From the NCBI GenBank assembly GCA_964404095.1, contig CAYOIN010000001.1:1-55262 (forward strand): 55,262 nucleotides of DNA, read 5' to 3'. The notes beneath the pieces were generated by a model. The model searched no databases. It saw nothing but the letters and a program-made list of their open reading frames with translations, and was not told the origin of the DNA. Every line of letters starts with the position of its first letter. Position 1 is the stretch's first letter. Of the stretch, positions 1-6,670 are shown one piece after another. A program made the position numbers and the translations under genes. Origin of the DNA: an uncultured Gammaproteobacteria bacterium (GTDB taxonomy: Bacteria > Patescibacteriota > Microgenomatia > UBA1406 > GWC2-37-13).

Positions 1-2344
1 CTCGCTGGCTAATCTCTGCCTCGACGAGCTCTCGGGGTCTCCCGTACTTGAGTCGGGAGAGCTGAATGATCGCCTGCGCAATCTTCAGATTTTGTTGCGC
101 CTTTACCGCCATGACATCGCGTGTAAGATCGACAGAAAATGGAGGCACCGGCTCGTTGTTAACGATCGTCTTCATGTATACGTGGAAGCGCTCAATATTG
201 ATTAAGTCAGACTCGCCAAATACCGGTTGGTACTCGCGCTGGAGATACGATGCATCGGTGACGCCGACACGGTAGGTAATCATCGTACCAACGTTTCCAA
301 AAATTGCGTTCTTTACCTCCTCCTCTACCTGACCGATAAACTGATTTGCAACGGTGAGATTGAGGTGGTATTTTCGCGCCTCCGAAAGAATCGTCGCAAA
401 GTCGGGTGTTGCAAAGTTCTGAAACTCATCAACATAGAGGAAAAAGTCACGCCGTTGTTCCTCCGGCATTTCCTGTCGACTCATTGCCGCAACCAGAATT
501 TTCGGAATTAATGTAAGGCCGAGGAAGTTAGAGTTCTCCTCGCCAAGTCGACCCTTGGAAAGGTTGATGAGGAGGATCTTCCCTTCATCCATGACCGTTC
601 TGAAATCAAAAGCAGACTTCGATTGACCGATGATGTTTCGCATGAGTTTATTCGTAACGAACCGCCCGAACTTTGAGACGATGTAATCGAGCACCTCGGA
701 CTTATGAAAGTCCGATGTTTGCGCGATCTGATCGGTCCAGTAGCGTCGAATAATGGGGTCTTGCACCTTGGGGAGGAGCTCCTGAACATACTTTGCGTCG
801 GTGAGGACGCGGATTACCTCAACGAAGGTTGCTCCCTCCTCGGACATCACCGTTAACATTGCGTTTCGCACTGCATGCTCAAATCGAGGGCCGATGATGC
901 CGGTTCGTTGCGGATCGTAAAGCTTGTACATGAGGTTGATGATTGCGGTGGTAATAAAGTGTTTCTGATCTTCGGTACTCGCCTCAAGAAGATTGAGCCC
1001 CATTGGTCGATCTCCGTCTGCGGGATCGAAGTAGATAACATCCTCGGCTCGCTCGGGAGGGATATATTTGAGAACATCGTCGATAAGATCTCCGTGTGGA
1101 TCGATGACGCAGACGCCTCGCCCCGCCTTAATATCTTGATCGATCATGTGCTGGAGAAGGTACGACTTACCGGTACCGGTCTTTCCGATAATGTAGACGT
1201 GTCGCTGTCGGTCAGGTAAGCCAATATGGACCGGTCTGCGTACGCCACGGTAGTACCCCATTCCGATCTCGGTTCCATTAGCCTGGGGCACCTCGGCCGC
1301 CACCGGAGCGCTCTTTGCCTTTAGCCAGTTAATGTGCGGTGTTTCGATCGTCTTGTTGGGAAAATGAAAGAAGGAAGCGAGCTCATCGCTTGAGAAGATT
1401 GAGATTGTCTTTGCAAACGGAAACTCGAGTACCGGAAAGAACTTGTAGATCACATCCATCATGAACCAACCCTTGAATCGAATCTTGATGCCCTTCAGAC
1501 TGTTCGCATCCCCATTAAACTGGGTGAACGCTGCTTTGATGTTGCGCAGGTGGTGATCGGCGCTCTCCTTTGATGGTGAACAAACGATGATACGGAGCGC
1601 CGTCTCGAAACCTTGCTTGCCGCACTTATCCTCGATCCGCTCGAGAAGCTTTGGATCGTTTTTGAAGGTTGCCTTCTCGGGATTCGCTTCATTTTTCTTG
1701 GTGTGCGCAACATAGGTTTTACCCGCTTTCTTCCACTTACCCTCTGCCGGCTTGATGAGGAGCTGGATCATCGCTCCTTCCCCATCCTCCATCTTCGAGA
1801 GGCCAGAGGTAATCGATGCAATCGAGTCGACCGGCATCTCTTTGTAGGTCTTCAGTGGCATGTAGGGCGCTTCTTTTGCCATAAAGGCGGCGTAGCTTAC
1901 CTTCCCATCTTCGGTAAAGATGTTAGGCTCTTCGACCTGTCGAATATCGGCGGTGGGATAGTAACCGTAGATGGTTTTTTCTACGAGATCGACGATCTTT
2001 TTTGAGACAGAGATGTAAAAACGGATATCAGCCTTCCGACCGATAATCTCAAAGGCGAGTGAGTCTCCTGCCTCCAAAAAGGTCCAGAATCCCGACTTCT
2101 TCAGCGATGCCAGAGCGCTAAACATCTGCTCCGCCGCATCGATTTTGATTTCGTTGTCCTTCGGGAGCTTTACCTCAAGCGTAACCATGTTCAGCGATGC
2201 GTGCTCGCGCTTTTTCATGCGCACATAGACAATCATGAGGTACATCAGCAGCCAGGTAACACCGGCGGCAGAAAGCGCTGCGAGAAGCGCAATAACCACA
2301 CTAATGAGTCCGTCCAACGCAGTAGAGATGATTGCAGGATCCAT
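1..2344 (-). CDS. Type IV secretion coupling protein-like ATPase (VirD4/TraD/TraG-type T4CP); C-terminus runs off the window edge
   Basis: Absent from the ORF track because it has no stop in the window. My minus-strand translation from ATG 2344 stays open to nt 2 (781 codons). N-terminal TM helix ISVVIALLAALSAAGVTWLLMYLMIVYV, Walker A GKTGTGKS (~1165-1188), Walker B LYVDEFQNF (~415-440). The short ORFs listed at 66-2005 are shadows of this gene. Confidence 0.75.
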   Translation of the reverse strand, partial: MDPAIISTALDGLISVVIALLAALSAAGVTWLLMYLMIVYVRMKKREHASLNMVTLEVKLPKDNEIKIDAAEQMFSALASLKKSGFWTFLEAGDSLAFEIIGRKADIRFYISVSKKIVDLVEKTIYGYYPTADIRQVEEPNIFTEDGKVSYAAFMAKEAPYMPLKTYKEMPVDSIASITSGLSKMEDGEGAMIQLLIKPAEGKWKKAGKTYVAHTKKNEANPEKATFKNDPKLLERIEDKCGKQGFETALRIIVCSPSKESADHHLRNIKAAFTQFNGDANSLKGIKIRFKGWFMMDVIYKFFPVLEFPFAKTISIFSSDELASFFHFPNKTIETPHINWLKAKSAPVAAEVPQANGTEIGMGYYRGVRRPVHIGLPDRQRHVYIIGKTGTGKSYLLQHMIDQDIKAGRGVCVIDPHGDLIDDVLKYIPPERAEDVIYFDPADGDRPMGLNLLEASTEDQKHFITTAIINLMYKLYDPQRTGIIGPRFEHAVRNAMLTVMSEEGATFVEVIRVLTDAKYVQELLPKVQDPIIRRYWTDQIAQTSDFHKSEVLDYIVSKFGRFVTNKLMRNIIGQSKSAFDFRTVMDEGKILLINLSKGRLGEENSNFLGLTLIPKILVAAMSRQEMPEEQRRDFFLYVDEFQNFATPDFATILSEARKYHLNLTVANQFIGQVEEEVKNAIFGNVGTMITYRVGVTDASYLQREYQPVFGESDLINIERFHVYMKTIVNNEPVPPFSVDLTRDVMAVKAQQNLKIAQAIIQLSRLKYGRPRELVEAEISQR

Positions 2345-2398
2345 AATTTCATTATACGCGAATCGTGGCTCATGGTATACCAATCTCGGAGGTATAAT

Positions 2399-2806
2399 AT
2401 GATCATGGTTCAGAAATTTTTGTGGGGGCTCGTCCTTTCGATGTTCGGCGCATTTGTGATTGCGAATATTGCGCTTACTCAGACGATCTCACCGCTCTAC
2501 TTTAAACAGGTTGTTGATGAAAAAAACACCATTGTGTCATATCTACGAAGTGTGAAATCGCTTCCTTCATTTCAAAAAGATCTGATCCTCTATAAGAACC
2601 TCTACGGAAAACGGATCGAAGAGGAGGTCTTTTATGATGAACAGATGCGAGAGGCGAAGATTCAGGAGCTCGAAGGTCTCCTGCAGAGAAATCCACAGTC
2701 CCGCGACACGCTCTACAATCTTTACCTCCTCTACTCTCAAAAGGGCAATGAGGAGCGAGCGCTCGACTATCTCCAACGAGCCCGCGAGATCGACCCCGCG
2801 CTATAG
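2399..2806 (+). CDS. Small membrane-anchored TPR-like protein
   Basis: ORF 2201-2806 trimmed to ATG 2399, which is preceded by GGAGG (2388-2392); the longer form would overlap the T4CP start. TM helix FLWGLVLSMFGAFVIANIAL. C-terminal TPR-like LYNLYLLYSQKGNEERALDYLQRAREIDP. Confidence 0.6.
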   Translation: MIMVQKFLWGLVLSMFGAFVIANIALTQTISPLYFKQVVDEKNTIVSYLRSVKSLPSFQKDLILYKNLYGKRIEEEVFYDEQMREAKIQELEGLLQRNPQSRDTLYNLYLLYSQKGNEERALDYLQRAREIDPAL

Positions 2807-2827
2807 TGTTTTCGATATAATATAAGC

Positions 2828-3439
2828 ATGAGGGTTCTCGTTTTTGGCGACAGTATTACATTTGGATACAACGATGCGGCAGGAGGTTGGGCTCAGAAGC
2901 TACGACTAACTCCGGTATTTGAAGAGACCGATCATTCCATCTACCCGCTCGGTATCTCGGGAGACACAACTGAGGGTGTTTTAAAACGCTTTGAGATTGA
3001 GACCCTCGCTCGAAGGTGGCATGGAGAAAAAACATTTACCGTTCTTGCAATTGGAACGAACGATGCACAGTATCTCATCAATGAAAAAAGAAATCGCTAT
3101 ACAACGGACGAATTTAAGCATAACTACCGTTCCCTTCTCGATCTAGCGCTCGAAATGAGCGCTGGAGTTCTCGTGCTCGGACTTCCACCTGTTGACGATG
3201 AGGCTTCAAAGGTTGTTTCTGAAGAAAAAGCATTTTTCCAACGGCGGACAGTCGAGCTTAATGAAATTATCAAACAGTTTGCGACTGAGAAGAACATACC
3301 ATTTGTAGACATTATGAGCCTCTTCCAAAATAATGGCGGGACCGTGCTTCTTGATGATGGACTCCACCCGAATACTCAAGGACATGAGCTCATATATCGC
3401 GAGGTCTGTAAACAACTCCGAGATCTTCTCCATATATAG
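2828..3439 (+). CDS. SGNH/GDSL-family hydrolase
   Basis: MRVLVFGDSITFGY (GDS block I), AIGTNDA block and DDGLHPN block V. 203 aa. Confidence 0.8.
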   Translation: MRVLVFGDSITFGYNDAAGGWAQKLRLTPVFEETDHSIYPLGISGDTTEGVLKRFEIETLARRWHGEKTFTVLAIGTNDAQYLINEKRNRYTTDEFKHNYRSLLDLALEMSAGVLVLGLPPVDDEASKVVSEEKAFFQRRTVELNEIIKQFATEKNIPFVDIMSLFQNNGGTVLLDDGLHPNTQGHELIYREVCKQLRDLLHI

Positions 3440-3516
3440 TGATACTCACGACGGACGTGAAGGGAGTGCTGGTACGCTTTGGAGTCAGTCGCGATGATAT
3501 AATGAGCAGTGGTAAT

Positions 3517-3592
3517 GGGCCTGTGGCGCAATGGCTAGCGCGTCTCTATGGCATAGAGAAGGTTAGGGGTTCGAGTCCCCTCAGGTCCACCA
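3517..3592 (+). tRNA. tRNA-Ala (anticodon GGC), CCA encoded
   Basis: Hand-folded cloverleaf. Acceptor GGGCCTG/CAGGTCC with a G3:U70 pair, D stem GCGC/GCGC, anticodon stem TCTCT/AGAGA with loop A-T-GGC-A-T, T arm AGGGG-TTCGAGT-CCCCT, 3-prime ACCA. Confidence 0.9.
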
Positions 3593-4039
3593 GATTTCTA
3601 TCTTCTTCATTCTTTACGCTCAATAGCTTGGGGAGAGGCGCTAAACTCGCGGTTCCAAATCCCTCTTCGAAGTCCTACTTGAACTGAAAGTGAGTCAACC
3701 TCAAAAAAATCTAGTTTTCTCATGTTTTCAGCCTCGAATTCCCTTCTCTAAATAATTAAGTTTTATTAAGTCCTTTACCGCAGTGGCTTTACGGTCTCGC
3801 TGGGCGACCTCTTTATCTTCACGAGCGATGAGCGCAATGTATCCGAAACTATAGATGCCATCAACGACCGGTAGGAGAGTACGTCGTCACGCCAGCGATC
3901 ACGATGGGTATGAAGAACAAGGTGCTCGATCGCATTTCATTTGGAGCAATTAAAGAGTTGGAAGACCTCTGTGATATGTCCGCCTAGAGTCTTGTTGAGA
4001 TTGCATACCTGTTTGGGGTGTCGGTTATAATATAAATAT

Positions 4040-4987
4040 ATGAGTTGGCGCATAATGACAAGCGGAATGGTTATCCCCGATTCAAAAACTGACAAGCTAT
4101 TTATAGAGGCGACAAAAAACGCTCCAAGCAAGTATGTTGAGGCTCTTGTAGGAAAGCTTGACTATCAATCTGAATCAAGTGTCTTATTCCCTAAGACGCC
4201 CCACATTGACCGTTGCCGTTTGTGTGGGGAAATCTGCAAGCTCACGGAAGAACACATTCCTCCAAAAGCTAGTGGGAACGTAAAAACATATAAAAATATC
4301 TACCTTGATGATTGGCTTGAAAAAAAGTTAGAAGCAGGCAAAGTGACGGGTAGAAGATTCCACCAAGGAGGAATAAGGGGCTACACCTTGTGTGGTAGGT
4401 GTAATTCGCTCACTGGAACGCGCTATGGCGGAGAGTACACCAAGTGGTCGAGAGCTACTTCTCAGGCTCTCTCTTCTCTAACATCGGAGCAGATCAGAGA
4501 CTTTGATAGTGCATCTAAACCGCTGGGCGTTGGAATAGAGTTCGTCAAAGTTAGGCCGGGTGCCTTTGTGAGACAGGTACTTTCTTTCATGTGTAGCTTG
4601 AGCGGAGACTGGGACATTGCAGGCCGACACCCTGAAATTAAAAGGATCGTTTTAGGGAGCGAATGTCTACCTCTGCCAAAAGGCTTGGATATTTCGATGG
4701 CTGTCTATTTAGGCCCAAGTGTAAGGATGATGGGTCCCCAACTGAGAATGAACTATCAAACGGGACATTGGAATTGGTGGATGGAGCTCGCCTACCCTCC
4801 CTTTTCATTTGTTATGAGTATAGCAAGTAGTCGACCCGTTCCCGACATGGGACTCCTCCTTAACGAGCTCGCATTGGTTCCCCCTAATAGCGTTGGGGGT
4901 TACTCGGGCGAATTCGATCTTGGATTCGGATGGTCTCCTTATCCGGGCGATTATCGATCTCGGTCCGCGCTAAAGAGCTCCTCATGA
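4040..4987 (+). CDS. HNH-type (HNH_5-like) nuclease domain protein with an uncharacterised C-terminal domain
   Basis: 315 aa. C59-x2-C62 ... E71-H72-IPPKASGN ... C118-x2-C121-N122 fits the zinc-finger HNH pattern CxxC..EHxxP..GG..CxxCN. The ~190 C-terminal residues have no motif I recognise. Confidence 0.6.
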   Translation: MSWRIMTSGMVIPDSKTDKLFIEATKNAPSKYVEALVGKLDYQSESSVLFPKTPHIDRCRLCGEICKLTEEHIPPKASGNVKTYKNIYLDDWLEKKLEAGKVTGRRFHQGGIRGYTLCGRCNSLTGTRYGGEYTKWSRATSQALSSLTSEQIRDFDSASKPLGVGIEFVKVRPGAFVRQVLSFMCSLSGDWDIAGRHPEIKRIVLGSECLPLPKGLDISMAVYLGPSVRMMGPQLRMNYQTGHWNWWMELAYPPFSFVMSIASSRPVPDMGLLLNELALVPPNSVGGYSGEFDLGFGWSPYPGDYRSRSALKSSS

Positions 4988-5040
4988 TTTCAGTTAACCC
5001 GCAGATAAAGATCCTTATCGTGGGAAGATCATTTTACTTA

Positions 5041-5069
5041 TTGACAATTTTTTCCCCACCATTTAGTAT
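5041..5069 (+). promoter_or_regulatory. Sigma-70-like promoter (TTGACA-17 nt-TAGTAT)
   Basis: TTGACA 5041-5046, a 17-nt spacer, TAGTAT 5064-5069. The predicted TSS is near G5076/5077, with no ORF downstream. Confidence 0.5.
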
Positions 5070-5075
5070 TTAAGT

Positions 5076-5259
5076 GGACACAATCAATCTGGCGTCTTTT
5101 GACTCAGAGGGTGGGAAGCAATCGTAGATTGTGTCCACCCCACTCTCGGAGTTAACAGACGCCTTTTTGATACCCCGTCTATTCGCGTAGCGAATAAGCG
5201 TGCGGGTACAGAGACGTATACGTGAGTATTAACAAACCCGCAAAAAAATGCGGGTTTTT
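5076..5259 (+). ncRNA. Candidate structured small RNA (~185 nt), family unknown
   Basis: Bounded by the promoter at 5041-5069 and the intrinsic terminator at 5234-5259. Contains a 23-bp helix (5091-5115/5139-5163), a competing perfect 12-bp pairing (5074-5085/5127-5138) and a hairpin at 5180-5196. No ORF of 60 aa or more. Confidence 0.45.
5234..5259. terminator. Rho-independent terminator, potentially bidirectional
   Basis: AAACCCGCA-AAAAAA-TGCGGGTTT stem-loop. It is followed by a T-run (5255-5259) and preceded by an A-run. Confidence 0.6.
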
Positions 5260-5530
5260 GTGGTTTTAGGGCACATTTACATATCGATAGCGGTCAGAGA
5301 GCGTAGGAACGGGATTAAGAGATCATAAAAACATAACGATAAGGAGGGGTTATCAATTTTTATGATTGAGAGGTGATGAAGAGTATGCGCGTAATAATTT
5401 GGGTAATTAAAAAACCCGCCGACGACCTATACATCCTTGAAAATGGGGTATGGCGTAAGCGGGCTTAACAAACAGCAAGCGTAGGATAGCACTTCCTACG
5501 CTTTGTGACCGTTAAATAAGATCAAGATAA

Positions 5531-5603
5531 GCGCCTGTAGCTTAGTTGGAAAAAGCAATTCCATGCTAAGGAAAAGATCAGAGTCCGAGTCTCTGCAGGC
5601 GCG
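5531..5603 (+). tRNA. Atypical tRNA-like gene: anticodon GCU (Ser AGY) on a class I (short variable loop) body
   Basis: Acceptor GCGCCTG/CAGGCGC, D arm GCTT-AGTTGGAAA-AAGC, anticodon arm (A)TTCC-ATGCTAA-GGAA(A), 4-nt variable region AGAT, T arm CAGAG-TCCGAGT-CTCTG, discriminator G, no encoded CCA. Flanks CAAGAT (5523-5528) and ATCTTG (5605-5610) extend the acceptor helix. Confidence 0.6.
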
Positions 5604-5886
5604 CATCTTGCTCTTATCAACGTTTAGAGCCTTCCAGCAAGATATTTTGTAAAAGAGCTTGTTCGGGTCAATATTCTAGCACGTAAAAATCCGCCGGTCA
5701 ACTCTTGGGTGTGTGCGTTGTACACATTGGGCATAATTTCATGTTACATAGGTTGTGATTTTGAGTCAAGCCAATTGTTCAAGTAACCCCTTGTGATACA
5801 ATTTGAGGGTAATTGAGAAGGCGCTTACCAAAGCTCAATACATACTCTTGAATCTGGTTCCAACTTTTAGTGGCAGTGTCCACCGG

Positions 5887-6531
5887 CTAAGAATTTTTTG
5901 CTTGGAGCGTTATGAGATTGTTCCATCGTTCGTCGCCCCGCAGCCTCTCTTCGAATGCACGAGCCCTCCGTTCCCAGGGAGTTCTGCGATAAAAATCATT
6001 AGTGACGAAACTTATCATGGCGCTCGCTCCCACCACCTCTGTAATTCCGCTCAGCACAATCAGTCCGCTCGCGGGCACGCTTGTTGCGAGATGAATTATC
6101 GGGAAGGCCACCGCTCCTGGGAGGAGGACGAATCCTTGCATAGCGCGGTCTACAAGTCTTGTTCTCATTCGCGTATTGTCGATTAAATGTTTAAGCTCAT
6201 GCTGCATGACCCCGTCCGGTCGATCTTTCAGAAAGTTTGACGGAGTAATTCCGCTCTGAATTTTCCAAAGCGGGTCACACGCGATAGTCGCAACAGTTCC
6301 ACACGCTAAGCCAAGCACAGAAGGATCGTTTAGTAACCATCGCTGGAGTCGAACTGTCAGTTTCTCTAGTTTTTTTTCAGGCATACCATACTCCAATAAA
6401 AGCCTTGCAACCTTATCAGCATCAACGCTGACGTTGTATGGGACGTCTGCTTCAAGTAGTTCGGGGTGACGCTGAACTTTAATTGTCGTTGTTCGTAGTT
6501 CGGGGCGTTGTGACAACTCAGATCGAGACAT
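5887..6531 (-). CDS. Hypothetical membrane protein with HExxH (HELKH) metalloprotease-like motif
   Basis: 214-aa ORF. HELKH is followed by hydrophobic segments (GFVLLPGAVAFPIIHLATSVPASGLIVLSGITEVVGASAMISFV). I recognise no further family signature. Confidence 0.5.
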   Translation of the reverse strand: MSRSELSQRPELRTTTIKVQRHPELLEADVPYNVSVDADKVARLLLEYGMPEKKLEKLTVRLQRWLLNDPSVLGLACGTVATIACDPLWKIQSGITPSNFLKDRPDGVMQHELKHLIDNTRMRTRLVDRAMQGFVLLPGAVAFPIIHLATSVPASGLIVLSGITEVVGASAMISFVTNDFYRRTPWERRARAFEERLRGDERWNNLITLQAKNS

Positions 6532-6592
6532 AAGTCGTATATTTTAGCATTATTTGCTACAATATAGTTCTTCTAACCTCGGACTGTCACAT

Positions 6593-6666
6593 GGGCCCCT
6601 AGCTCAACTGGTTAGAGCAGTAGCCTTTTAAGCTATTGGTTCTGGGTTCGAGTCCCAGGGGGCTCA
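6593..6666 (+). tRNA. tRNA-Lys (anticodon UUU)
   Basis: Acceptor GGGCCCC/GGGGCTC, D arm GCTC-AACTGGTTA-GAGC, anticodon arm GTAGC-CTTTTAA-GCTAT, T arm CTGGG-TTCGAGT-CCCAG, discriminator A. CCA is not encoded. Confidence 0.9.
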
Positions 6667-6670
6667 CAGC

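Noticed and set aside
66-2005. Seven 60-130-aa ORFs on both strands listed in the ORF track
   Set aside because: All lie inside the long open minus-strand frame of the T4CP-like ATPase. That frame has in-frame Walker A and B motifs and is missing from the track only because it has no stop in the window. These ORFs are frame shadows.
3439-3687. 82-aa plus-strand ORF
   Set aside because: It runs straight through the tRNA-Ala gene (3517-3592), starts with GTG and has no supporting signal.
3607-3990. Short minus-strand reading frames: a 38-aa ORF at 3607-3723, a start-less ~50-codon frame upstream of it, and a 24-aa hydrophobic ORF
   Set aside because: They are too short or lack start codons, and I recognise no motif. 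They may be gene remnants, but I cannot support a feature call. They are mentioned only as context for the accessory segment.
3560-5150. Looked for a duplicated 3-prime end of tRNA-Ala (an att site) that would delimit an integrated element
   Set aside because: Only a 7-nt coincidence (GTCCACC near 5133-5139) was seen by eye, and no integrase is present. That is not enough to call a mobile element.
5076-5259. Possibility that the structured RNA is 6S RNA, SRP RNA or RNase P RNA
   Set aside because: The 5-prime and 3-prime ends do not pair as in 6S. There is no SRP domain IV motif (GGAA tetraloop context, AGCAGCC). It is far too short for RNase P RNA and lacks the GAGGAAAGUCC core.
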